A stretch of DNA of 63,350 nucleotides, counting the filler. It is 3 parts of 3 records of this genome, joined end to end, with 100 filler letters (N's around TTAATTAATTAA, not from the genome) between each part and the next. Parts side by side here need not be neighbours in the genome. Positions count along the whole stretch, not along the records: positions 51,669 to 63,350 come from DRR723986_1784; 2 more parts are not named here. One strand, written 5' to 3'. The notes beneath the pieces were generated by a model. That model was given only the letters and a program-made list of their open reading frames with translations, was not told the origin of the DNA and ran no database searches. The position numbers and the translations under genes are program-made. This document shows, one piece after another, positions 52,664-63,350 of the stretch (within the stretch, counting starts at the first letter, position 1; the number at the start of each line of letters is the position of its first letter).

Positions 52664-52698
52664 GACGCCGCCACCCGATCTCTTGCCGGGCACCGCGC
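52664..52698 (-). promoter_or_regulatory. candidate L31 leader hairpin in the rpmE 5' UTR
   Basis: Minus strand GCGGTGCCCGG-CAAGAGA-TCGGGTGGCGGCG imperfect stem just upstream of the RBS. Confidence 0.45.
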
Positions 52699-52894
52699 TG
52701 GGCTGATGCGCTCAGTGGAAGCTGGGAAGAGCAGGGATTTGCGCCGACCAACTGAACAAAAAACCACCGAAAAACAGGCCGCGCATATTAGCAGAACTGG
52801 GCATATAAGCAAGCACTGCCCAGCACCGATTAGAATTATGCTCTCAACCCACTGCAGATTCTTATACACTGGCGGTTTTGCACAAGCCTATGCC

Positions 52895-55069
52895 ATGGCC
52901 GACACTCTCGCATCCATCGCCATTCCCTGCCCCCTTAGACGCCGCTTCGACTACCTGTGGCCGGCGTCGTTGCAGCGCGACATACAGCCCGGCACTCGGG
53001 TGAAGGTGCCCTTTGGGCGGCGCGACGTGATTGCCGTTGTCCTCGGCCCCACCGACAACACCGACGTCGATGCCAGCAAACTAAAAGCCGTCATTGAAGT
53101 GCTGGACGAGCAAGCCAGCTTATCCACGGCGCTGCTGGACTTGGGGAAATGGGCCGCACACTACTACCACCACCCCATTGGCGACTGCCTGCACCAAATG
53201 CTGCCCCTGGCGCTGCGGCGCAGCGCACCGCCGACGGCAGAAAACACCGCAGCATGGCAGCTCCGCCCAAATGCCGATATTGCCAAACTCTCTCCGCGCG
53301 CTCACCAGCAGCGCGCGCTGTTCAACGCCCTGTTGGAAAACGGCCCGTTAACGCGCGCAGACATCGCTGCCCTGGGCTTTAGCGCCAGCATTGTGCGTGC
53401 CTTGCAGCAGCATGCCCTGATTGAAGAAGCCGAACCCTCCAGCACGCCCGCCCCCGCCGAGCAGGGCCCCACACTCAACAGCGAGCAAGCCGACGCCCTG
53501 CAACAAATTATTGATAGCGACGGCCAATTCGCCCGCTTTTTACTCGACGGCATCACCGGCAGCGGCAAAACCGAGGTGTATCTACGAGCCATCGCCCACG
53601 CGCTGGCCAACGGCAATCAGGCCTTGGTATTGGTGCCCGAAATTGGCCTCACCCCGCAAACCCTGCGCCGCTTCGAACAGCGCTTCCCCGGTCGCGTACG
53701 CAGCCTGCACTCCGGTTTAAGCGAGCGGCAACGCTGGCACAACTGGCAAGCCGCCCGCGAGGGCCGCGCCGACATTATTCTGGGTACGCGCTCAGCGGTA
53801 TTTGCCGACCTGCCGCGCCTGGGCTTGGTCATCGTCGACGAAGAACACGACAGCTCCTACAAACAGCAAGACGGCTGGCGCTACTCTGCCCGCGACATTG
53901 CCGTAAAGCGCGCAGCCGATAGCCAGTGTCCGGTTATCCTCGGTAGCGCCACCCCCAGCTTCGACAGCCTGCACAACGCCGACCTGGGTCGCTATCGGGT
54001 GTTGCGCTTACGCCAGCGCGCCGGCAACGCCTGCGAGGCACCAATACGGCTGCTCGATATTCGCCAGCAAGCCTTACAGCACGGTTTGAGCGATGCCTTG
54101 CTCAGCGCCGTCGCCAACAATTTGCGCGCCGGCAACCAAAGCCTGCTGTTTCTCAACCGCCGCGGTTTCGCCCCCACCCTGCAATGCCATTGCTGCGGCT
54201 GGATTGCCGACTGCCACGCCTGCGACGCGCGCATGACCGTTCACTACAAACGCCGCCAATTGCGCTGCCACCACTGCGAAGCCGTTCGCGCCATGCCAGC
54301 CAGTTGCCCGGACTGTGGCAACAGCCAGTGGATCTACGACGGCCCCGGCACCGAGCGCCTGGAAATGTTTCTAAACCAACACTTTGACGCCCCGGTGTTG
54401 AGGATCGACCGCGACACCACCGCCGGGCGCGACAGCATGGCCGAACTCGTTAATGAGGTGAATAAGGGTGATCCCTGCATTTTGGTTGGTACCCAAATGC
54501 TCGCCAAGGGCCACCACTTCCCCGCCGTGACACTGGTCGGCATAGTTGATATGGACGCCGGTCTGTTCAGCGCCGACTACCGCGCCACCGAAAACAGCGC
54601 CCAACTTCTGCTGCAGGTCGCCGGACGTGCCGGACGTGCAGACCGGCCCGGCGAAGTATTGCTGCAAACTCACTGCCCCGCTCATCCCGCCTTACAGAGC
54701 CTGAGCCAACACGGCTATCGCGACTTTGCCGCCGCACAGCTGGCAGAGCGGCGCCTGCTCGACCTGCCACCTTACACCTTCAGTGCGGTGATTCGCTGCG
54801 ATGCACCGCAGCTGCAGGATGCCGAGCAGTTTTTGCAGCAGCTGCGCAACTCCCTGCAGCCGCCCGCACCCGGCTGGCAACTTCTCGGACCCCTGCCCGC
54901 GCCCATGGCCCGCCGCGCGGGCCGCTTCCGCGCCTCACTTATTCTGCAAGCCAGCGAGCGCCGCACCTTGCATCAGCAGTTGGCAGTGGCCTGTAATGTG
55001 GCAGAATCCCTCAGTAAGCGCGGCCAATTGCGCTGGTCGGTCGACGTCGACCCCATCGAGATGTTCTGA
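52895..55069 (+). CDS. priA: primosomal protein N' (replication restart helicase)
   Basis: GITGSGKTEVY, DEEH, two Cys-rich zinc motifs, QVAGRAGR; start placed at MADTL. Confidence 0.96.
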   Translation: MADTLASIAIPCPLRRRFDYLWPASLQRDIQPGTRVKVPFGRRDVIAVVLGPTDNTDVDASKLKAVIEVLDEQASLSTALLDLGKWAAHYYHHPIGDCLHQMLPLALRRSAPPTAENTAAWQLRPNADIAKLSPRAHQQRALFNALLENGPLTRADIAALGFSASIVRALQQHALIEEAEPSSTPAPAEQGPTLNSEQADALQQIIDSDGQFARFLLDGITGSGKTEVYLRAIAHALANGNQALVLVPEIGLTPQTLRRFEQRFPGRVRSLHSGLSERQRWHNWQAAREGRADIILGTRSAVFADLPRLGLVIVDEEHDSSYKQQDGWRYSARDIAVKRAADSQCPVILGSATPSFDSLHNADLGRYRVLRLRQRAGNACEAPIRLLDIRQQALQHGLSDALLSAVANNLRAGNQSLLFLNRRGFAPTLQCHCCGWIADCHACDARMTVHYKRRQLRCHHCEAVRAMPASCPDCGNSQWIYDGPGTERLEMFLNQHFDAPVLRIDRDTTAGRDSMAELVNEVNKGDPCILVGTQMLAKGHHFPAVTLVGIVDMDAGLFSADYRATENSAQLLLQVAGRAGRADRPGEVLLQTHCPAHPALQSLSQHGYRDFAAAQLAERRLLDLPPYTFSAVIRCDAPQLQDAEQFLQQLRNSLQPPAPGWQLLGPLPAPMARRAGRFRASLILQASERRTLHQQLAVACNVAESLSKRGQLRWSVDVDPIEMF

Positions 55070-55146
55070 TGGTGGCGGCCGACGCCTGAAACAGCGATAA
55101 TACGCGGCCCCAAAATTCCCCATATTCAAGAGAGTTCGAATTCGAC

Positions 55147-56904
55147 ATGAAAGATATCGTCGCCACGTTGATTGATCAGGCGCTCACAACCCTGCGCAGC
55201 ACTGCCGAATGGCCCGAAGATCTTCAGCCGTCAATTCAACTCGAGCGCTGCAAAGACAAGGCCCATGGCGACCTCGCCTGCAACGTCGCAATGATGCTGG
55301 CCAAACCACTGCGCAGTAACCCCCGCGCCATTGCCCAGCAAATTGTCGACGCCCTGCCCGCCAGCGACGACGTGGTAAAAGTGGAAATCGCCGGCCCCGG
55401 CTTTATCAACTTCTTTATGAATGAAGCCGCCAACTTCCGCGTGATCAAAGACATCTTTGCCAAGGGCGAGCAATTCGGTCGCGGCGACGCGAAAAACCAG
55501 CGCATCCAGGTAGAATTTGTGTCCGCCAACCCCACCGGGCCACTGCACGTTGGCCACGGTCGCGGCGCCGCCTATGGCGCCAGTGTTGCCGACATGCTCG
55601 CTGCCGCAGGCTACGACGTGCAGCGCGAATACTACGTGAACGATGCCGGCCGCCAGATGGACATCCTCGGCACCAGCGTATGGCTGCGCTACCTGCAAGC
55701 CTGCGGTGAAACCCTCACCTTCCCCAGCAATGGCTACCAAGGTGATTACATTGCCGACTACGGCCGCGAGCTGCACGCCAGCCACGGCGACCAGTTAATG
55801 CGCAGCGCAGCGGACGTTTTCGACGGCGTTTGCGCCGATGAACCCGCAGGCGGTGACAAAGAAAAGCATATTGACGACCTGATCAATCGCGCCAAAACCC
55901 TGCTCGGCGACGACTACCGCGTTGTCTTCGACAAAGGCCTGGACGCCATATTGGGCGATATTCGCGAAGACCTCGGCGAGTTCGGCGTGCACTATCAGGA
56001 GTGGTTTTCCGAGCGCAGCCTGACTGCCGACCCCGACCAAGTCAGCCGCGCCATCGCCCGCCTGCAAGACAACGGCTACATTGAAGAGCGCGACGGCGCC
56101 CTGTGGTTTTTGTCCACCCGCTTTGGTGACGACAAAGACCGCGTGGTAAAACGCGACAACGGCCAGACCACCTACTTCGCCTCCGACATCGCCTACCACC
56201 TGAACAAGTTTGAGCGCGGCTTTGATCGCGTTATCAACATTTGGGGCGCCGACCACCACGGCTACATCGCTCGCGTGAAGGCGGCGCTGCAAGCACTGGA
56301 TATCGACCCAGAGCGACTGGTGGTACGACTGGTACAGTTTGTTTCGCTGTTTCGCGGCGACCAGCAGGTGCAAATGTCTACCCGCTCCGGTTCTTTCGTG
56401 ACCCTGCGTGAGTTGCGTGAAGATGTCGGCAATGACGCCGCGCGCTTCTTTTACATTATGCGCAAGGCCGATCAGGCCACCGACTTCGACCTGGAGCTGG
56501 CCAAGTCAGAAAGCAAAGACAACCCGGTTTACTACATTCAATACGCCCACGCTCGCGTGGCCAGCATCCTGCGCAAGCTGGAGCAAGAGGGCCAGCAGTG
56601 GACGCAGGAAGCGGGCCTTGCCCAGCTATCGCTGCTCGACAAAGACGTGGAAAAAGCCCTGTTGGTGAAGCTGGCACGCTACCCCGAGGTGCTGTCCAGC
56701 GCGGCGGAACAATTCGAGCCGCACAGCCTCGCCCATTACTTGCGCGAATTGGCCGGTGACTTCCACAGCTACTACAACGCCCACAAAATGCTCGGCGAAG
56801 ACACCGCCCTGCGCGATGCGCGGCTGGCGCTGTCAGTCGCTGTACAACAAGTACTGCGCAACGGCCTGAGCCTACTTGGGGTTTCTGCCCCCGAGGAAAT
56901 GTAA
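55147..56904 (+). CDS. argS: arginine--tRNA ligase
   Basis: [33 protein letters not shown] and terminal APEEM. Confidence 0.97.
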   Translation: MKDIVATLIDQALTTLRSTAEWPEDLQPSIQLERCKDKAHGDLACNVAMMLAKPLRSNPRAIAQQIVDALPASDDVVKVEIAGPGFINFFMNEAANFRVIKDIFAKGEQFGRGDAKNQRIQVEFVSANPTGPLHVGHGRGAAYGASVADMLAAAGYDVQREYYVNDAGRQMDILGTSVWLRYLQACGETLTFPSNGYQGDYIADYGRELHASHGDQLMRSAADVFDGVCADEPAGGDKEKHIDDLINRAKTLLGDDYRVVFDKGLDAILGDIREDLGEFGVHYQEWFSERSLTADPDQVSRAIARLQDNGYIEERDGALWFLSTRFGDDKDRVVKRDNGQTTYFASDIAYHLNKFERGFDRVINIWGADHHGYIARVKAALQALDIDPERLVVRLVQFVSLFRGDQQVQMSTRSGSFVTLRELREDVGNDAARFFYIMRKADQATDFDLELAKSESKDNPVYYIQYAHARVASILRKLEQEGQQWTQEAGLAQLSLLDKDVEKALLVKLARYPEVLSSAAEQFEPHSLAHYLRELAGDFHSYYNAHKMLGEDTALRDARLALSVAVQQVLRNGLSLLGVSAPEEM

Positions 56905-56906
56905 GC

Positions 56907-57515
56907 ATGGCTGCGAAGAAGCGCCCAACACGCGGGGCCACCCGCAGCAAGGCGGCGAACAAAGGCATGCCTGCCTCCATTCTGCTGGGCACCGGCTTTA
57001 TCGCCGGTATTCTCAGCACGGTGCTGGTTTTCAATGCCATTGGCGAGCGCGATACTGCCGGTGCAGCGGCCACCGCTCAGGCGGCCAAGCCAAAAGCGAG
57101 CAAACAAGCAGAGACCAGCAAGCCGGAAACCACCACCAAGTTCGACTTCTTCACGGTGCTGCCCGAGCGCGAGGTGATCGTTCCCGACGAAACCCCTGCA
57201 CCAAAGCGTGAGAGCAAAGTCACCACCGCGAACGAAAAACCGCCGCGCCCCAACGAGAAAACCTTTCAGACTGGCGAGCGCTACATTCTTCAGGCGGGCT
57301 CTTTTCGCAGCAATGACGACGCCGACCGTCGTCGCGCGCAAATTTTACTGCTGGGGCTCGACGCCAAGGTGGAGTCCGTGCAGGCCAATGGCGACCTCTG
57401 GCACCGGGTTTACGTCGGCCCGTTCCAAACCCACAACACCCTCGCCAGTGCCCGCGCCAAACTGATCGGCGAAGCCATCGACACCCTGGTCATTCGCCAG
57501 AAGACCACCCCGTAA
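56907..57515 (+). CDS. SPOR-domain cell division protein (FtsN-like)
   Basis: TM helix, FDFFTVLP, C-terminal SPOR (LQAGSF...WHRVYVGPF); between argS and hslV. Confidence 0.85.
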   Translation: MAAKKRPTRGATRSKAANKGMPASILLGTGFIAGILSTVLVFNAIGERDTAGAAATAQAAKPKASKQAETSKPETTTKFDFFTVLPEREVIVPDETPAPKRESKVTTANEKPPRPNEKTFQTGERYILQAGSFRSNDDADRRRAQILLLGLDAKVESVQANGDLWHRVYVGPFQTHNTLASARAKLIGEAIDTLVIRQKTTP

Positions 57516-57533
57516 AACGATCCCCCGCGCTGC

Positions 57534-57559
57534 CTTGAAAATTGCAGCGTCGCCCCCAT
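57534..57559 (+). promoter_or_regulatory. sigma-32 (RpoH) promoter of hslVU
   Basis: CTTGAAA-N13-CCCCAT. Confidence 0.8.
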
Positions 57560-57625
57560 AACTATTTTCTCGAGCCGCTCCACATGGGGCGGCGCGCCTG
57601 TTCACATATCTAAAAGGAGTCCCGC

Positions 57626-58165
57626 GTGGAACAGTTTCGCGGCACCACTATTCTTTCTGTTCGCCGAGGCAATCAAGTGGTTGTTGGCGGCGACGGCCAA
57701 GTTACCATGGGCAACACCGTAATGAAGGGCAATGCCCGCAAGGTGCGGCGCCTGTACAAAGACCAAGTGCTGGCGGGATTCGCCGGCGGCACCGCCGATG
57801 CCTTCACCCTGTTCGAATTATTTGAAGCCCAGCTCGAAAAGCACCAGGGCAAACTCGTCAAGGCGGCTGTGGAGCTGGCCAAAGCCTGGCGCAGCGAGCG
57901 CTCGTTGCGCCAACTCGAAGCCCTGCTGATTGTGGCCGACAAAGAAACCACGCTGGTGATTAGTGGTAACGGCGATGTGATTGAGCCGGAAGACAATATG
58001 ATCGCCATTGGCAGTGGCGGCTCCTTCGCCACCGCCGCCGCCCGCGCACTGATGGACAACACCGAACTCGGCGCCCAAGACATTGTAGAAAAAGGCCTGA
58101 ACATCGCCGGCGATATCTGCATCTACACCAACCACAACCGCCGCATCGAAGTCCTCGATTACTGA
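57626..58165 (+). CDS. hslV: ATP-dependent protease subunit HslV
   Basis: TTILSVR catalytic Thr, [24 protein letters not shown]. Confidence 0.97.
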   Translation: MEQFRGTTILSVRRGNQVVVGGDGQVTMGNTVMKGNARKVRRLYKDQVLAGFAGGTADAFTLFELFEAQLEKHQGKLVKAAVELAKAWRSERSLRQLEALLIVADKETTLVISGNGDVIEPEDNMIAIGSGGSFATAAARALMDNTELGAQDIVEKGLNIAGDICIYTNHNRRIEVLDY

Positions 58166-58210
58166 TCCGAACACCTGACACGCTCGCCGATGCGGGCGAC
58201 TGGAGCCACC

Positions 58211-59530
58211 ATGTCACAAATGACACCCCGTGAAATCGTCCACGAGCTGGACAAGCACATTGTCGGCCAACAAGATGCCAAGCGCGCCGTTGCCATCGCG
58301 CTGCGCAACCGCTGGCGCCGCATGCAATTGGCGGAAGACCTCCGCGCTGAAATCACGCCAAAAAATATTCTAATGATCGGCCCAACCGGTGTCGGTAAAA
58401 CCGAAATTGCCCGCCGCCTGGCCAAACTGGCCAACGCGCCCTTCATTAAAGTGGAGGCCACCAAGTTTACCGAAGTGGGTTATGTCGGCCGCGACGTTGA
58501 GTCCATTATTCGCGACCTGGTCGACGTCTCTCTGAAGTTGCACCGCGAACAGGCCATGGAGCAAGTGGCCCACCGCGCTCAGGACGCTACTGAAGAGCGC
58601 ATCCTGGACGCCCTGCTGCCACCCGCTCGCGGCGAGCAAAGTGAGGAAGAGCGCAACAGCAGCACCCGGCAAATCTTCCGTAAAAAGCTGCGCGAAGGCG
58701 AACTCGACGACAAAGAAATAGATGTCGAAGTCAGCAGCGCGCCGGTCGGTGTGGAAATTATGGCGCCCCCTGGCATGGAAGAAATGACCAGCCAACTGCA
58801 GGGCATGTTTTCCAAAATGGGCGGCGACCGCAAAAAGACCCGCCGCCTCACCGTGAAGGCCGCCTATAAACAAATTCAAGACGAAGAAGCCGCCAAGCTC
58901 ATTAACGAAGAAGAACTGAAGACCCGTGCGATCGAAGCGGCGGAGCAAAATGGCATTGTCTTTATCGACGAAATCGACAAAGTTGCCAAACGTCAGGAGT
59001 CCGGCGGCGCCGACGTGAGCCGCGAAGGTGTGCAGCGCGACCTGTTGCCACTGATCGAGGGCTGCACCGTCAGCACCAAACACGGCATGATCCGCAGCGA
59101 CCACATTCTGTTCGTCGCCTCCGGCGCCTTCCACCTGAGCAAGCCCTCAGACCTTATTCCCGAACTCCAGGGCCGCCTGCCTATTCGCGTGGAACTCGAA
59201 GCCCTCACCCCAGACGACTTTGAGCGCATCCTCACCGAACCCCGCGCCTCTCTGACCGAGCAATACCAAGCCCTGCTCGCCACCGAGGGCCTGCATGTGA
59301 GTTTCAGCCAAGACGGCATCCGCCGCATCGCCGAAACCGCATGGGAAGTGAACGAGCGCACTGAGAACATCGGCGCGCGTCGTCTGCACACCGTGATGGA
59401 ACGCTTACTGGAAGACGTTTCGTTTAGCGCCGGCGACCGGGCGGAGCCGCTGAACATCGACGCCGACTACGTTAATCAACAACTTGGCGAACTGGCCAAA
59501 GACGAAGACCTAAGCCAGTTTATTCTGTAA
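58211..59530 (+). CDS. hslU: ATP-dependent protease ATPase HslU
   Basis: [13 protein letters not shown] pore loop, FIDEIDK and NIGARRL motifs. Confidence 0.97.
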   Translation: MSQMTPREIVHELDKHIVGQQDAKRAVAIALRNRWRRMQLAEDLRAEITPKNILMIGPTGVGKTEIARRLAKLANAPFIKVEATKFTEVGYVGRDVESIIRDLVDVSLKLHREQAMEQVAHRAQDATEERILDALLPPARGEQSEEERNSSTRQIFRKKLREGELDDKEIDVEVSSAPVGVEIMAPPGMEEMTSQLQGMFSKMGGDRKKTRRLTVKAAYKQIQDEEAAKLINEEELKTRAIEAAEQNGIVFIDEIDKVAKRQESGGADVSREGVQRDLLPLIEGCTVSTKHGMIRSDHILFVASGAFHLSKPSDLIPELQGRLPIRVELEALTPDDFERILTEPRASLTEQYQALLATEGLHVSFSQDGIRRIAETAWEVNERTENIGARRLHTVMERLLEDVSFSAGDRAEPLNIDADYVNQQLGELAKDEDLSQFIL

Positions 59531-59538
59531 GCCAAACC

Positions 59539-59625
59539 GAGCACGCCGCATGGCGTGCTCCTACAAAAACCACCGCGTTGTTCATGCAGGACTACGCAGG
59601 TGCGTAGGAGCGGGCCTGACCGCGA
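59539..59625. repeat. pair of GTAG-family REP elements
   Basis: GAGCACGCC-GCAT-GGCGTGCTC-CTAC (59539-59564) and GTAG-GAGCGG-GCCTGA-CCGCGA (59604-59625). Confidence 0.75.
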
Positions 59626-59666
59626 CAAACCTCGCGCGATGCCTCTCACACGCACGAAAAACCCCG

Positions 59667-60266
59667 CTACGCCGCCACCTCATACAAGCGATATTCAACC
59701 TGGCCCGCGGTTTTATGCTTTACCACCCGCCAGCTTGACGGCACCGTCACGGGCTCGCCTTTGGCGGTTTCCACATAGACCAGGGCACCCTCGTCCAGGC
59801 GGTCTTCCAGCGCATCGATTGCTGGCATCAGCAAGTCTTTATTAAAAGGAGGGTCGAGAAACACGATATGCCAACCGCGCTCAGCGCCGGTTAAAAACTG
59901 TTCAGCGCTGGTAGCGGCCACGTCGGCATCGCGGCAAGCCAGCGTCTGTAAATGTTGGCGAATTTGCTGCGCGGTGGCACGGTCTTTCTCGACAAAATGG
60001 CAGTGCGCAGCCCCCCGCGACAGGGCCTCCAAACCCAGTGCACCCGAGCCGGCAAACAAGTCCAGGCAACGCGCGCCGGCAACGTAGGGAGCCAGCCAGT
60101 TAAACACCGTTTCACGAATGCGGTCACTGCTCGGGCGCAGGCCCTCAGCGCTGGTAAAGTGCAGCTTCCGACTGCGCCACTGGCCGCCAATAATGCGCAC
60201 CACACCCGCAGCACCTTGGCGTGGCGTCACCTGTGCCGAGCGATCACGTTTGGAACGAGGGGCCAT
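59667..60266 (-). CDS. rsmD: 16S rRNA m2G966 methyltransferase
   Basis: VRIIGGQWR, LDLFAGSGALG and FLDPPF motifs; divergent from ftsY. Confidence 0.95.
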   Translation of the reverse strand: MAPRSKRDRSAQVTPRQGAAGVVRIIGGQWRSRKLHFTSAEGLRPSSDRIRETVFNWLAPYVAGARCLDLFAGSGALGLEALSRGAAHCHFVEKDRATAQQIRQHLQTLACRDADVAATSAEQFLTGAERGWHIVFLDPPFNKDLLMPAIDALEDRLDEGALVYVETAKGEPVTVPSSWRVVKHKTAGQVEYRLYEVAA

Positions 60267-60378
60267 AAGGGGATCCTGAAGTATAAAACCGCGCCACGAC
60301 ATTACTCAGTGACGGCCGAGAAGTGGTAGGATACGGCTTTTCTTTTCCCTGTAAACCAGACCCTGCAACCAGAGCCCC

Positions 60379-61493
60379 ATGACCGATACCGAGAAGTCAG
60401 CCGTTACTGAAGCGGAAAACGCCCAAGAGCCCAAGAAGAAAAGCTTTTTCACCCGCTTTAAAGAGTCCTTTGTCGGCTCTGAGGAAGACCTGGCGGCGGC
60501 AGAAGGTTTTATCGCCGACGAAGAAATCGCGCCCTGGCAACACATTGAACTGTCGCCCGAAGAGCAGGCATCGCTGCTGGTTAAATTCAAGGAAGGCCTG
60601 AGCAAAACCGGCGCCCAACTCGGCGAGGGCATGGCCAATCTCTTCCTTGGCCGCAAAGAGATCGACGACGAGCTTCTCGACGAAATTGAAACCCATCTAC
60701 TGATGGCCGACGTCGGCGTGGATGCCACCACCGAGATTATCGATAATCTCACTCGCCGTATGTCGCGCAAGGAACTGGATAACCCCGAGGCCTTGTATGT
60801 TGCCCTGCAAGAAGAGCTGCGGGTGCTACTGGAGCCTGCCGAACAAGAGCTGGTTATTCCCGACAAAACCGGCCCCTATGTCATTTTGATGGTAGGCGTA
60901 AACGGCGTGGGCAAGACCACCACCATTGGCAAATTAGCCAAGCAATTCCAGGCCGGTGGCCGCTCGGTCATGCTCGCCGCTGGCGATACCTTCCGCGCCG
61001 CCGCCGTTGAACAACTGCAAGTGTGGGGCGAGCGCAATAATGTGCCGGTAATCGCCCAGCACACCGGCGCCGACAGTGCCTCGGTACTCTTCGATGCCCT
61101 GCAAGCGGCTAAATCGCGCGATGTCGATGTGCTGATCGCCGACACCGCGGGTCGCCTGCACAACAAAGACAATCTTATGGAAGAGCTGAAAAAGGTGGTG
61201 CGGGTACTCAAAAAGCTCGACCCCGACGCGCCCCATGAAGTGATGCTGGTACTCGATGCCGGCACCGGCCAAAACGCCCTGTCGCAAGCCAAACACTTCC
61301 AAGAAGCGGTAGGTGTGACCGGCTTAACACTCACCAAGCTTGATGGCACCGCAAAAGGCGGTATTGTATTCGCCATATCCAAGCAGCTCGGCCTGCCCAT
61401 TCGCTTTATTGGTGTTGGCGAAGGCATTCTCGACCTGCGCCCATTCCGCGCCGATGAATTTGTCGGCGCCCTGTTTGGCTGGCAACGCAAGCA

Positions 61494-61497
<4 letters not shown>
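60379..61497 (+). CDS. ftsY: SRP receptor FtsY
   Basis: GVNGVGKTTT, DTFRAAA, DTAGR and TKLDGTAKGG motifs. Confidence 0.97.
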
Positions 61498-62157
<660 letters not shown>

Positions 62158-62165
<8 letters not shown>

Positions 62166-63210
62166 ATCCAAACAAAAGGGCAGCGGCGCCAGTAAACTGC
62201 CCAAGCGCCGCCTCGGCCAACTGCAAACCCCGGCCAAGCCTTCACGGCGCGAATTGAGCGGTGCCAAAACCCACCGCACCCGCTTCAGTGACCAGTGGCA
62301 AAGTTACCGCAGCCACCACCGCCAGGTGGCCGGCGAAAGCCTGCGGCGCCTGTTAAAGCGCCCCCTCGCCACATTAATGACCACACTGGTGATCGCCATC
62401 GCCATGGTGCTGCCCGCCGGTTTATATGTCGGCCTGAACAACGTTGAAGCCGTCAGCCAAGGCTGGGATGGCGCCGCGCGATTGTCGGTGTTTTTAAAAT
62501 TCAGCGTCAGCGATCAAGACGCGCAAAAACTGCGTCAGCAACTCGCCGACCGCAAAGACATTGCCAGCGCCGAATACATCTCACCAAGTGAGGCATTGGA
62601 GGAATTCCGTCGCCGCAGCGGCTTTGGCGACGTGCTCGACCAGCTGGACAGCAACCCCCTGCCTGGCGTTCTGGTACTGAGCCCCACCGCAGAAAACAGC
62701 AGCCCTGAAAAAATAGAAGCCCTGCGCGACCAGCTAAACGCACTGCCGCAGGCCGACCTGGTCAAGCTGGACATGGAGTGGCTGCAACGCCTGAACCGCA
62801 TTACCGATATCAGCCGCCGCCTCACCCTGGCCCTCGCCGCCATGCTCGCGGCAGGCGTGCTGCTTATCGTGGGCAACACCATCAAACTGGCCATCGAAAA
62901 CCGCCGCGACGAAATTCTGGTTGTGAAACTGGTCGGCGGCACCAATGCCTTCGTCCGCCGCCCCTTCCTGTACATGGGCTTCTGGTACGGCCTGTTCGGC
63001 GGGCTGCTCGCCTGGTTGCTACTCGCCTCCAGCCTGCTCTGGCTAAGCGGCCCGGTCAAAGAACTCGCCGGGCTCTACAACAGCAGCTTCAGCCTGCTCG
63101 GCCTCGGTGTACTCGATAGCCTGATAATGTGGGCCAGCGCTGCCGGCCTTGGTCTGCTCGGCGCACTCCTCGTCGTTGGCCGAGAACTCCGAGCCATCGA
63201 ACCCAAGTAA
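62158..63210 (+). CDS. ftsX: cell division permease FtsX
   Basis: NPLP, GNTIKL...RRDEI...KLVG and RPFLY motifs; four TM segments. Confidence 0.95.
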
Positions 63211-63276
63211 GCGATTACGGCTTTCAACAGAGCTCGTTGCTATCAGCACTACGTTATAGCTTTGCACTCCGAACCT

Positions 63277-63342
63277 TCGCGACTGAAGTCGCTCCTACAA
63301 AAACAAAACGTGCTTCGCTCGTAGGAGCGGTTTTAACCGCGA
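63277..63342. repeat. pair of GTAG-family REP elements
   Basis: TCGCGAC-TGAA-GTCGCTC-CTAC (63277-63298) and GTAG-GAGCGG-TTTTAA-CCGCGA (63321-63342). Confidence 0.78.
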
Positions 63343-63350
63343 TGAGGGCC

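Noticed and set aside
52648-52894. N-terminal extensions of rpmE (to 52869) and priA (from 52661) in the ORF track
   Set aside because: They overlap each other across the divergent promoter; the family-typical starts are at 52647 and 52895.
63225-63275. CIRCE-like element downstream of ftsX
   Set aside because: GCACT half-sites occur as direct copies and there is no GAGTGCTAA arm.

Overview
The window is a concatenation of three unrelated contigs joined by N-runs that carry a TTAATTAATTAA spacer (29485-29583 and 51569-51668), so nothing should be inferred across those joins. Segment 1 (1-29484) looks like a Hyphomicrobiales alphaproteobacterium. It holds a complete minus-strand dcw cluster (mraZ through ftsZ, then lpxC, bamD, recN, ligA), an AraC-cupin-flavin monooxygenase cassette between mraZ and the 3' half of rnpB, and a small membrane protein behind a perfect EcfG-type promoter. 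Segment 2 (29584-51568) looks Rhodobacteraceae-like and is the most unusual part. A 5'-truncated single-module type I PKS (KS-AT-KR with a DH inserted into it, then ACP-TE), a GT2, an NRPS-like protein (formyltransferase, truncated C domain, Gly-type A domain interrupted by a luciferase-like monooxygenase, PCP) and a PPTase are followed by two paralogous SGNH-like proteins, one fused to a glycoside-hydrolase-like barrel. These sit among Wzx-type polysaccharide genes (GT2, GT4, flippase, chain-length protein, a degenerate tyrosine kinase, a partial priming transferase). The best hypothesis is a system that builds an NRPS/PKS-derived acyl group and attaches it to a surface glycan. Segment 3 (51669-63350) is gammaproteobacterial housekeeping DNA (partial malic enzyme, rpmE, priA, argS, SPOR protein, hslVU, rsmD, ftsYEX) with GTAG-type REP pairs. 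All calls rest on visual motif recognition; no searches were run, and taxon labels are inference.
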